Of a stretch of DNA of 64,000 bases, positions 47,043 to 55,891 are shown piece after piece (position 1 is the stretch's first letter; every line of letters starts with the position of its first letter). The position numbers and the translations under genes were made by a program. The DNA is from Candidatus Latescibacterota bacterium (lineage in GTDB: Bacteria > Latescibacterota > UBA2968 > UBA8231). The stretch covers positions 5,184,001 to 5,248,000 of the forward strand of contig OZ252098.1 in NCBI GenBank assembly GCA_965248355.1, read 5' to 3'. The notes beneath the pieces are model-generated. The model was given only the letters and a program-made list of their open reading frames with translations. It was not told the DNA's origin and ran no database searches.

Positions 47043-48737
47043 CTATTCCTCTTCCTCGAGTCCCAGCACTTGGCGGCTGAACGTCGGATCGTCGAATTCC
47101 TTGGGCCACCTCTCTTCGTCTCCCTTGGTTCCGAGACGACGGCGGTCGGTCTCCAGCTTCTCGAAGTCGATGCCGCCACGCCGTTGCGAAGTCCGGGAGC
47201 GACCCCGCCGCCGCGTCTTGCCGCCGGCCCTTGCTGACCGCTTGGCCGCGGCCGCGCTTCTTTCGCGTGCTTGCCGTTCCGAGGCGATGCGCTCCAGGAG
47301 GGTTGAGGCGGGTTCGTCGTTCGGATCCTGAGGCACGAGCTTGCCGCTGAAGGCGTGCTTCAGGATGGCTTGGCGGAGGGACTGGGCTCCATGCAGCTTG
47401 GCTTCGATGTCGGCTTCGAGGCGGTCTATGTTGGAGAACTGGCCTTCCACGGCTTCGACGATGGCAAGCTGTTCGGCAAAGGACGGCAGTGGTAGAGCCA
47501 GTGTGCGAAGGATTCGGTTGTTGATGTTCTTCTGGGCGGTTGCAGGTGCATAGACAGAAATCTGATCTCTCGCACTCTGGACAAAGAGTTCCACGTACTG
47601 CACTGAGACGAGCGATGGGTCAAAGAGGACCCCAACGATGCTGTCAGGAAAGCATGCTGGGTAGGCTAGAATGGCTGTCTCCGCAATGTTAGCTGCAATG
47701 GTTATGCACAACGTCTCTGTCGGCCAGAGGCGACTCTGCTTCAGGCCTTCCTCACTATAAGTCTGAGTATGCTGCCGAAGATACCGGTCGGCACCCCTTA
47801 TGTCTCCTGTCTGGACGAAAGGATAGGGTCCGCCATAGAGGAACTCTGCGTTCCGAGGTCGATGTCGCGACCGTCCACGGTCGAGCTTCCCCAGTTGATC
47901 CAAGGAGCCCCAGCACCACCCTTCCGGCAGCGGCGGGAGATCGGCGGTGTCAGGTGCGACCGGTTCCTTGTATCTGGTTTTCCAATTCTTCGGCGGCGTC
48001 TTCCCCTTCTCCTTGAACTTGCGGATCTGATCTTTCTCCCAGCGCCGGCGGCGCTCGACGAGAATCCGCTTCAGAAACTCCTCGGCGGGCTCGGCCGGTG
48101 GATTCCGCCGCCGCACCTCAGCGGTGAGCGATCCTTCGACCGCGGCCTTCAGCACCGAGGCGCGATAGAGTTTCAGCTGTTCTTGTGTCCGTTCCAGGGC
48201 CGCGACGCCGGCGTCGAGATCGGAGAACAACTCTTCAAGAGTATCTGCGATCCGAGTTTGTTCGCTTGCTGGGGCAAGCGGAAACCTGAAGTGGCGAAAC
48301 GTCTCTGCCCGGACGCGCATGAGAGAACCACCAACCCCGGAAGCATTGCCGGCGGCATAATCACGGACGATGTCCTGGCGTAGAAACCAAGCGAGGTAGC
48401 GTGGTTCGATCTGTGAGAGGGGGAAGAAAGGAATCCATTCGGTGGAGGCGACTTTGGGATAGTCAGAGTGAGCCCCTGTCACCCAGACTCGGTTGATGCG
48501 AGGGTTGATCTTGCATAGCAAGACCGTTCCGGACTCCACAGTTCGCTTGTTCGATCCAATAGTACTTCCCGGCGTGATTTCCGGCATGCCGTGCTCGTGG
48601 CTCGGGACACTGTAGAGTTCGAACATGGCATCAGGCGTCAGAGCAGGATTAACGCCTCGGGCAAGGTCCATCTGGACGGCGCCAAGTGTCGTTTCTGCCC
48701 AGCCCGGTGGGAGTTCTGACGTGTCCCATTCGTTCAC
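47043..48737 (-). CDS. hsdS: Type I RM specificity subunit with C-terminal antitoxin-like tail
   Basis: GTG start after GAAGGAAAGG (ORF open from 48785); LPPGW, PLAPASEQ, SVLKAAVEGSL, LPEGW, PLPSFAEQ, LRQAILKHAFSGKLVPQDPNDEPAS; two AT-richer target recognition domains. Confidence 0.95.
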   Translation of the reverse strand: MNEWDTSELPPGWAETTLGAVQMDLARGVNPALTPDAMFELYSVPSHEHGMPEITPGSTIGSNKRTVESGTVLLCKINPRINRVWVTGAHSDYPKVASTEWIPFFPLSQIEPRYLAWFLRQDIVRDYAAGNASGVGGSLMRVRAETFRHFRFPLAPASEQTRIADTLEELFSDLDAGVAALERTQEQLKLYRASVLKAAVEGSLTAEVRRRNPPAEPAEEFLKRILVERRRRWEKDQIRKFKEKGKTPPKNWKTRYKEPVAPDTADLPPLPEGWCWGSLDQLGKLDRGRSRHRPRNAEFLYGGPYPFVQTGDIRGADRYLRQHTQTYSEEGLKQSRLWPTETLCITIAANIAETAILAYPACFPDSIVGVLFDPSLVSVQYVELFVQSARDQISVYAPATAQKNINNRILRTLALPLPSFAEQLAIVEAVEGQFSNIDRLEADIEAKLHGAQSLRQAILKHAFSGKLVPQDPNDEPASTLLERIASERQARERSAAAAKRSARAGGKTRRRGRSRTSQRRGGIDFEKLETDRRRLGTKGDEERWPKEFDDPTFSRQVLGLEEEE

Positions 48738-48821
48738 GCCGTCAACCTTTCCTTCAATCTCCTCACCAATCAGCTGACAACGCATATCGATCTGTCCGAA
48801 CCATGTGATCGGCGGTCAACT

Positions 48822-49442
48822 TCACGAAGCCGGTGGCAGATCGTCAAACCCGACTACGGAGGATGATATGGAGGCCCGTTCTCTGCCCGGGAGCGCCTGG
48901 CGGCGGCGCCCGCGGCGCGGATAGGCTTCGGCATACAGCGGCGCAGCCCTGATCTGCTTCTCGGTCAGCATCGGGTAGGCCGCCTGGATCTCGGCAACCG
49001 GGTCGCCGTTGGCGAGCATGGCGGCGATGTCGTGGATCGGGATGCGCGTGCCCATGAAGCAGGGCGCGCCTCCAAGCACACGGTCGTCGACCTCGGCCAT
49101 CTGCCTGGCCCGCGCCAGCCTGGCGACGCCGCGACGCACGTCCTCCGCCAGCGCCCGCACATCGAGCGAAAGGGCTTCGTCACGCACGGCCTCCGCTGCC
49201 GGCTCGTCGAGCAGACACCGGATGAGGCGGCGGCGCCCTTCCCGCGTCAGGACAGGCCCCATCTGATAGGCCAGCTTCAGCCCCACGAGGCCGGCGCCGA
49301 GAACGACGCGCGCGCCGTTGCGGGTCTCGACCGCATCCGCCAGCAGACCCGCGTCGATGATGCGGTGCACCTGCTTCAGGGGGACACCGGTGACGCAGGC
49401 CGCCTCGTTCGCGGACCAAGAGTGCTTATATGTTTCCACCAT
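48822..49442 (-). CDS. HTH plus DUF433-domain protein (antitoxin-type)
   Basis: WSANEAACVTGVPLKQVHRIIDAG; VLGGAPCFMGTRIPI...EIQAAYPML. Confidence 0.85.
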   Translation of the reverse strand: MVETYKHSWSANEAACVTGVPLKQVHRIIDAGLLADAVETRNGARVVLGAGLVGLKLAYQMGPVLTREGRRRLIRCLLDEPAAEAVRDEALSLDVRALAEDVRRGVARLARARQMAEVDDRVLGGAPCFMGTRIPIHDIAAMLANGDPVAEIQAAYPMLTEKQIRAAPLYAEAYPRRGRRRQALPGRERASISSSVVGFDDLPPAS

Positions 49443-49522
49443 AGTGGAAGGATTATACCCCGCCGGAAGGCAGCCGGCAAGGTGCCATCACCCGTGGACC
49501 TGCGGTGCGCTTGACCGGGCCC

Positions 49523-52378
49523 TCACGCCGCCAACCTCTCGTTCAGTTCCGCCATCAATGGCTTCAGTTCCTCGCGAAATAGCGCGTGAGCCCGCCCCAG
49601 GCTGCCCTGCTGTCCGAACCATCCAGCCTCGAAGTCTTCCCGCTCGATGGCGAGGCTGGTGGCGATATGCTCGGCCATGCGATCGAGCCATTCCCGCTGT
49701 TCGGCGGTGAAGGCGTTGTCCGCGTCCCGTGCCCGCAGCCAGGCCTGGTAGCGCTCGTGTAACTCCTTCCGATATGGGGCAAGTCTCCCGCTCGGGATCA
49801 GGGCGTGGCGCACGAGGTTGACGAGATCCGCGAGTTGGAATCCGCCTTGCCCCTCGACCTTGTCCGCCTCCACCGCCTCGAAGGCGCGCCACAATTGGAC
49901 GGGGGTGGCGGAGATGGGCGGCCGGACCAAGGCATCCTTCAGATCCCGCAGGTCCTTGAGCGACAGGTTGAGCGGCCGGGTTCCGGCGTAGAGCACCTGG
50001 AGCGCGGTCAGCTCATCCTTGTGTTCCTCGATCCAGGCGCGGAAGTCCTGCACCTTGGCCCGCGCCTTGTCGACGGCGGCGGCGTCGAAGCCGGAGTAGA
50101 GCACGTCGTCGATGGTGTGGCGGTCGATGGTCTGCTCGTTCTGTTGGCGGATCTCCAGGATGCGGCGGCGGAAGGCGGCGTTGAGGAAGGGGGTCGCCGC
50201 TTCCCGGGCGAGCTGCTTGCCGGCCTGCTCGATCTCCTCCTCGGTGGGGTGTTCTGTCCCGTGCTGCTCCTGGGCAGCCTTGAGCTGGGCCTCGGGGTCA
50301 CAGGCGTTGAGCAGATCGCGGGCGAGGTCGGGGAAGGTCTTGCCATCCGCCAGGCCCTTCAGCTCGGTGAGTTGTTGCGGCGTGAACTCCCTCTGCAGGC
50401 GGGCGAGCCGGCCGGCGAGCGTGCTCAGGGCGTCGGGATCGATGCCGCCCCGTGCGATGTAGCTGAGCACCTGCTCCAGGGTTCTCGACGGCTGGCGGTT
50501 CAGGGTCCGGGAATCGGTCTTGTCCTGCTCGCACACTCCCACCGCGTCCACGACGATGAAGCGGTCCTTGCCCTTGGCGCTCGGGGTGACGGCGCGGAGC
50601 TTGTCGGTCGAGATGACGCGGACTCCCCGGCCCTTCATCTGCTCGAAGAAGCCGGCCGACCTCACGTTGCGCATGAAGAACACGCACTCGATGGGCCGCA
50701 CGTCGGTGCCGGTGGAGATCATGTCCACGGTGACGGCGATGCGCGGGAAGAAGCTGTTGCGGAAGTTGGCGAGGATCTCGTCCGGGGTGAGGCTGGCGGT
50801 CTTCACCCATTCCGTCACCTCGGTCTCGGTGCCGTCCTCGTCGGTCACCGTCTTTGTGACCTGGGTGAAGCCGGTACGGTAGGTGATCTTCTGGCAGAAG
50901 TCGTTGCCCTCGCCGAACTCCTCGCGTGCGACGCGGACGATGTCGTCGGCGTGGGAATCGTCCTTGGCGAAGATCAGGGTCTTCGGCACCTCGTCGCGGT
51001 CCGGGAAGGCCTCCGGCAGCACCCCGTCTCGGAACTGCCGCAGCACCGTGCGGATCTGGCTCTCCGAGACCACGTCGCGGTCGAGCTGGTTGGCGGTGTA
51101 GGTGAGATCCTGGTTGAGCAGTTGCAGCCGTTCTCTGCGTGTCAGCCGGTTGCGCATGTCTACGTAGAGGCCGGTCTCATCGGCGGCGATGGTGGCGCCC
51201 TGCTCGGTGACCGCTGTCTGGATACGGTACACGTCGAAGTCCACGTTCACCCCGTCGACCACCGCCTCGTCATGGCCGTACTGCATGACGAGGTTCTGGT
51301 TGAAGAAGGCGATGGTGCGCCCGGTGGGGGTGGCGGTCAGGCCGATGAGGAAGGAATCGAAGTAGAGGAGCACCCGGCTCCAGAGGTCATATATCGAGCG
51401 GTGGCACTCGTCGACGATGATGAAGTCGAAGAACTCCGGCGGCACGGTAGCGTTGTAGGCCACGTCGGGGGGTTCGCCGCGCCAGGGCCCCGCGGACTCG
51501 AAGCCCGAGCCTTCCTCGTTGTCTGAGTCGTAGTCGGGTTCGCCTCGCAGCATCGAGTAGAGCCGCTGGATGGTGGTGATGACCACGTTGGCCGCGGGGT
51601 TGATCGAGTTGGCGGTGAGGCGGTGGACGGTATACAGCTCCGGGAATCTGCGCGGGTCGTCAGGCGGCGTGAAGTTGGCGAACTCGTCCTCGGCCTGCTT
51701 GCCGAGATTGGTGCGGTCCACCAGAAACAGGATGCGCTTGGCGCCGCCGTGCTTGAGCAGGCGATAGACGACGTTGACCGCGGCAAAGGTCTTGCCCGAC
51801 CCGGTGGCCATCTGCCCGGTGGCCATCTGGATGAGGGCCCGCTGATCGGCCTTGGCAAAGGACCGTTCGAGGTTGCGGATGGCGCGGGCCTGGACCGCCC
51901 ACAGGCGGGACTCGTCCAGGGGCGGCAATTCTCTCAGCTGCGCGCGCAAGGACGCGGGCTGCGTCATCCACGCCTGCAGCGTCTGGGGCCTCGGGAAGTT
52001 GAAGACCGGGCGGCTCCTCGGCACCGGGTCGAGCCCGTTCGTGAAGTAGGCTACGGACCCGTTGGCCTCGAACAGGAAGGGCAGGGGGATGCGATACACG
52101 GGGAGAGCTTCCGAAACGCCCGCGGCATACTTCGCCGACTGCGCCTCCACGCCGGTCAGGGTTCCCTCTGGCTTGGCTTCGATGGCGCCGGCGATCGTGC
52201 GGTCCACGTAGAGCAGGTAGTCGGCGGTGCCGAACCCGGGCTTCATCGGGAACTCGCGCACGGCGACGCCGGGGCCCGCGGAGAGGTCGAGCTCCTCCTG
52301 GTCCTGGACCAGCCAGCCCGCCGCCTCGAGGTTCGCGTCGATATCGCGGCGGGCGCGTTGCTCGGGAGTATCGCTCAT
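49523..52378 (-). CDS. hsdR: Type I RM restriction subunit (EcoAI/EcoEI-like)
   Basis: Nuclease motif ADYLL...IEAK, MATGSGKT, LFLVDR, DECHRS, GLTATP, TGTD, QMKGRG. Confidence 0.95.
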   Translation of the reverse strand: MSDTPEQRARRDIDANLEAAGWLVQDQEELDLSAGPGVAVREFPMKPGFGTADYLLYVDRTIAGAIEAKPEGTLTGVEAQSAKYAAGVSEALPVYRIPLPFLFEANGSVAYFTNGLDPVPRSRPVFNFPRPQTLQAWMTQPASLRAQLRELPPLDESRLWAVQARAIRNLERSFAKADQRALIQMATGQMATGSGKTFAAVNVVYRLLKHGGAKRILFLVDRTNLGKQAEDEFANFTPPDDPRRFPELYTVHRLTANSINPAANVVITTIQRLYSMLRGEPDYDSDNEEGSGFESAGPWRGEPPDVAYNATVPPEFFDFIIVDECHRSIYDLWSRVLLYFDSFLIGLTATPTGRTIAFFNQNLVMQYGHDEAVVDGVNVDFDVYRIQTAVTEQGATIAADETGLYVDMRNRLTRRERLQLLNQDLTYTANQLDRDVVSESQIRTVLRQFRDGVLPEAFPDRDEVPKTLIFAKDDSHADDIVRVAREEFGEGNDFCQKITYRTGFTQVTKTVTDEDGTETEVTEWVKTASLTPDEILANFRNSFFPRIAVTVDMISTGTDVRPIECVFFMRNVRSAGFFEQMKGRGVRVISTDKLRAVTPSAKGKDRFIVVDAVGVCEQDKTDSRTLNRQPSRTLEQVLSYIARGGIDPDALSTLAGRLARLQREFTPQQLTELKGLADGKTFPDLARDLLNACDPEAQLKAAQEQHGTEHPTEEEIEQAGKQLAREAATPFLNAAFRRRILEIRQQNEQTIDRHTIDDVLYSGFDAAAVDKARAKVQDFRAWIEEHKDELTALQVLYAGTRPLNLSLKDLRDLKDALVRPPISATPVQLWRAFEAVEADKVEGQGGFQLADLVNLVRHALIPSGRLAPYRKELHERYQAWLRARDADNAFTAEQREWLDRMAEHIATSLAIEREDFEAGWFGQQGSLGRAHALFREELKPLMAELNERLAA
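51800..51829. repeat. 15-bp perfect tandem duplication inside hsdR
   Basis: CCCGGTGGCCATCTG twice, giving QMATG-QMATG-SGKT. Confidence 0.9.
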
Positions 52379-52567
52379 GTCACTTTGGGCCAGGGCCTGC
52401 GCAAGGGCTCGGATATCGTTGAGGATCTGCTTCGGACACCTGATCTATAATGGTCCACCGATACACTTGGTCAACCCGGGTCGGCCCCTGAGCCCGGACC
52501 CCCGCCCTTGCATGGCCGTCCTCCCCGGGGTAGTCTTGCCCGCCCGGAATCCAAACGGAGAAGAAGG

Positions 52568-53560
52568 ATGAACAGAGTGCGCATGGCCCAGCTGGGCACC
52601 GGCCACGGCCACGCGGCGGGCAAGATGCGCTCCATGAGGAGCAGCCCTCAGGTCGAGGTCGCCGGAGTCTGCGAGCCCGACGAGGAGGAGCGGCGCGGGG
52701 CCGAGAGCAACCCCGTGTACCAGGGCCTGCGCTGGTACGAGAGCGCCGAGGAGATGCTCGGCGACGACAGCATCGACGCCGTCGCCTCGGAGGGGCGCAA
52801 CTCCCAGAGCCTCGATCAGACCGGGCAGATCGTCGCCGCGGGCCGGCACGTGTGGTACGACAAGCCCGCCGGAGACGACTACGGGCAGTGGCAGCGCGTC
52901 CTCGACCACGCCCGCGAGCAGGGCCTGCACGTGCAGATGGGGTACATGCTGCGCTACAACCCGATCTTCGCGCAGGTGACGGAATGGGCTCGCTCGGGGT
53001 TCCTCGGGGACGTCTTCGCCGTGCGCGCCCACATGTCGACCAGCGTCCCCGCCGAGGCCCGCGAGCGCATCTCCGAGGCCCATGCCGGCGGCGTCCACTA
53101 CGATCTCGCCGGCCACATGCTCGACCTGATCGTCTGGATGCTGGGCCGCCCGACGCGTGTGACCGCCTTCCTGCGCAACGACACGGGACAGGTCCCCGCC
53201 TTCAGCGACAACACCCTCGGGGTCTACGAGTTCGACCGGGCCATGGCCATCGTCGACATCGCCGCCATGGAGACGGCGCCCATGGCGCGCCGCTTCGAGG
53301 TCTACGGCACCCGGGGCAGCGCCATCATCCTGGAGCCCTTCGAGCCGGGCCACGCCGTGCGGCTCTGCCTCGACGAGGATCGCGGCGGCTACCGCAAGGG
53401 CGAGCAGATCGTCGAGCTCGAGGGCCGTGATCGCCAGAGCTGCTACGACCAGGAGCTGGCGGCCTTCCTGGCGACGATCGCCGGCGACCAGGAGCCGGAC
53501 CGGCCCTGGGAGCACGAGCTGCTGGTGCAGGAGACGCTCCTGAGAGGGACCCGCGGCTGA
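52568..53560 (+). CDS. Gfo/Idh/MocA family oxidoreductase
   Basis: AQLGTGHGHA, HVWYDKP, GYMLRYNP, GGVHYDLAGHMLD. Confidence 0.9.
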   Translation: MNRVRMAQLGTGHGHAAGKMRSMRSSPQVEVAGVCEPDEEERRGAESNPVYQGLRWYESAEEMLGDDSIDAVASEGRNSQSLDQTGQIVAAGRHVWYDKPAGDDYGQWQRVLDHAREQGLHVQMGYMLRYNPIFAQVTEWARSGFLGDVFAVRAHMSTSVPAEARERISEAHAGGVHYDLAGHMLDLIVWMLGRPTRVTAFLRNDTGQVPAFSDNTLGVYEFDRAMAIVDIAAMETAPMARRFEVYGTRGSAIILEPFEPGHAVRLCLDEDRGGYRKGEQIVELEGRDRQSCYDQELAAFLATIAGDQEPDRPWEHELLVQETLLRGTRG

Positions 53561-53618
53561 CCGCGGGTCCGCTTCCCGGCGCCCGCCGGGAGATCCACAC
53601 GCGACAGGGAGGACGCAG

Positions 53619-54557
53619 ATGTCGAGCCGCCGGGTCTACTTCAACGGGGAGTTCGTCGCCGAGGACGAAGCCCGCATCTCCATCTTCGACTCGGCCCTGA
53701 TGTTCGGCGACATGGTCTTCGAGATGACGCGCACCTTCGGGCAGGAGCCCTACCGGCTGCGCGATCATCTCGAGCGCCTCTACGCCTCCATCGACTACGC
53801 CGAAATCGACCTGGAGATGACCATCGACGAGATGGAGGAGGCCACGTACGCCACCATCGAGCGCAACCGCGAGGCCCTCGGCGAATACGACTTCCAGATC
53901 ATGCACGACGTGACGCGCGGCGTCCTCGGGCTCTACGCCGAGCTGGTGCCCGAGGGGGACAGCCCCCTCGTGACGATCAACGTCATCCCCCTGGTCCGAC
54001 ACATCGGGGGCATGGCGGAGAAGTACGAGTCGGGAGCCCACTTCATCATCCCCCAGCAACAGTCGGTGCCGGCGCGCTACATCGACCCGAAGGTGAAGAG
54101 CCGCAGCCGCATCTTCTACAAGCGCGCCGAGCTGCAGGTGGGCCGCATGGAGGAGGGGGCCATGGCCCTGCTCACCGACGAGCGCGGCTTCGTCACCGAG
54201 GGCACGGGCAACAACTTCTTCATGGTCAAGGACGGGCAGATCCTGACGCCCCGGCCCCACGACATCCTGCGCGGCATCTCCCGCGGCGTCTGCATGGAGC
54301 TGGCGGAAAAGCTCGGCCGTCCCGTGGTCGAGGCCGACCTGGAGCCCTACGACGTGCGCGCCGCCGAGGAGGCCTGGTTCACGAGCACCACCATCTGCAT
54401 GGTGCCGGTGACGCGCTTCGACTTCCGCCCCGTGGGGGACGGCCGTCCCGGGCCCGTGTACCGGCAGCTCCTCGACGCCTGGTCGGCCGAGGTGGGCGTC
54501 GACATCTCCGGCCAGGCGCGGGAGTACGCCGAGCGGGCCCGGACCTGGATCCCCTGA
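53619..54557 (+). CDS. Aminotransferase class IV (IlvE/Dat/PabC-like)
   Basis: VYFNGEFV, ISIFDSALMFGDMVFE, HLERL, KVKS, TEGTGNNFF, ILRGISR, EAWFTST. Confidence 0.92.
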   Translation: MSSRRVYFNGEFVAEDEARISIFDSALMFGDMVFEMTRTFGQEPYRLRDHLERLYASIDYAEIDLEMTIDEMEEATYATIERNREALGEYDFQIMHDVTRGVLGLYAELVPEGDSPLVTINVIPLVRHIGGMAEKYESGAHFIIPQQQSVPARYIDPKVKSRSRIFYKRAELQVGRMEEGAMALLTDERGFVTEGTGNNFFMVKDGQILTPRPHDILRGISRGVCMELAEKLGRPVVEADLEPYDVRAAEEAWFTSTTICMVPVTRFDFRPVGDGRPGPVYRQLLDAWSAEVGVDISGQAREYAERARTWIP

Positions 54558-54583
54558 CCCGTCAGGCAGAGAGGGGCGGCCCC

Positions 54584-55804
54584 GTGGGGGAGTCCCGCTA
54601 CGAGTTCGAGCCCTTCCGCCCCGGCGCCTTCGAGGTCCCCGTGACGCGGGTGACGCCGAGGGACGGTCCGTATGTCCACACCTACTACGACATCTGCCCT
54701 TTCAGCCCCTCCCAGCGCTACCTGGCCGCAACGCGACTGCCTTTCCAGGACCGAGTGCCCGTCCTCGGTGACGAGGCGCAGATCTGCGTCATCGACCTGC
54801 GGGAGCAGTCCATCCGCACCGTCGCCACCACCCGCTGCTGGGGCTTCCAGACCGGGGCGCTGCTGAACTGGGGAGCCACCGACCGCCGCCTCTACACCAA
54901 CGACGTCGTCGACGGCGAGGCCCGTTGCGTGCGCCTCGATCTCGCCTCCGGGGAGAGGACGGTCTTCGCCGGGCCCATGTACCACATCGCCCCGGACGAG
55001 TCCTGCGTCATCGGGTTTCCCCTGGAGCTGCTGGACGCCACCCAGCCGGGGTACGGCGTGCCCTGCGCCGATCCCCTCCACCCCCGGCGGCTGCCCCCCG
55101 GGGCGGCCTCCGACGAGGGCCTCTGGCGCACCGACCTGGCCACGGGCGAGCGCACCCTGCTGGTGAGCCTGGCGGAGGTGGCCGCGCGGCTGCCGCGTCC
55201 GCTGCCCCGGGAGGACGGCACCTTCTACTTCTGGCACTCCAAGTTCAACCGCCAGGGCACGGGCATCATGCAGGTCCTGCGCTGCCTCTTCCCGGACGGC
55301 TCGGGGGGGAGGAACCCGGCCACCTTCGCCATGGACGCCGACGGCGGCAACCTCCGCTTTCTGCCCTTCGACTCTCCCTGGAACGCCGGCGGAGGGCATC
55401 CGAACTGGCACGGGGACGGAGAGCACGTGGTCCGCAACGTGGAGGAGGGGGGCGCCATCCGCTACTGCCAGGTGCGCCGCGACGGCACCGGCCGCCGGCT
55501 GCTGAGCGATACCCTGGAGGGGGGCGGCCATCCGAGCGTGGAGCCCTCGGGCCGCTACTTGATCACGGACTACCTCGCCGGCAAGGTTGGGCAGGAGGTG
55601 GTGCTGCGTCTCGCGGATCTCCACGCGCAGGAGCAGCGCGGCCTGTGCTCCCTGCCGACGATCGACCAGCGCTCCCTGGAGCAGCGGCCCCTGCGCCTGG
55701 ACGGCCACCCGGTCTGGAGCCGGGACTACCGGAAGGTCTGCTTCCAGGCGGCTCCGGAGGGGGTGCGTCAGCTCTTCGTGGCGGATCTGTCCGGGATTTT
55801 CTGA
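54584..55804 (+). CDS. Beta-propeller protein (oligogalacturonate-lyase/TolB-like)
   Basis: YYDICPFSP, WGFQTGA, GGHPNW, GGHPS, RLDGHPVWSRD repeats. Confidence 0.7.
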   Translation: MGESRYEFEPFRPGAFEVPVTRVTPRDGPYVHTYYDICPFSPSQRYLAATRLPFQDRVPVLGDEAQICVIDLREQSIRTVATTRCWGFQTGALLNWGATDRRLYTNDVVDGEARCVRLDLASGERTVFAGPMYHIAPDESCVIGFPLELLDATQPGYGVPCADPLHPRRLPPGAASDEGLWRTDLATGERTLLVSLAEVAARLPRPLPREDGTFYFWHSKFNRQGTGIMQVLRCLFPDGSGGRNPATFAMDADGGNLRFLPFDSPWNAGGGHPNWHGDGEHVVRNVEEGGAIRYCQVRRDGTGRRLLSDTLEGGGHPSVEPSGRYLITDYLAGKVGQEVVLRLADLHAQEQRGLCSLPTIDQRSLEQRPLRLDGHPVWSRDYRKVCFQAAPEGVRQLFVADLSGIF

Positions 55805-55891
55805 ACGCTACCGCGGCGCTCGGCCGCCATGAGGGGGATGCGCCAACTCTGTCCGCCGACGGTAGCGCGACGGCAGACCGCGCGCGGGCCC

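Noticed and set aside
46375..47080. Three spaced repeats as a possible CRISPR array or integron attC sites
   Set aside because: The repeats are coding 3' ends of antitoxin paralogs spaced over 300 bp apart; no cas genes, integrase or attC boxes are present.
52419..52474. TATAAT (+) and TTGACC (-) between hsdR and the divergent oxidoreductase
   Set aside because: Divergent promoters are likely here, but no -35/-10 pair with canonical spacing could be fixed.
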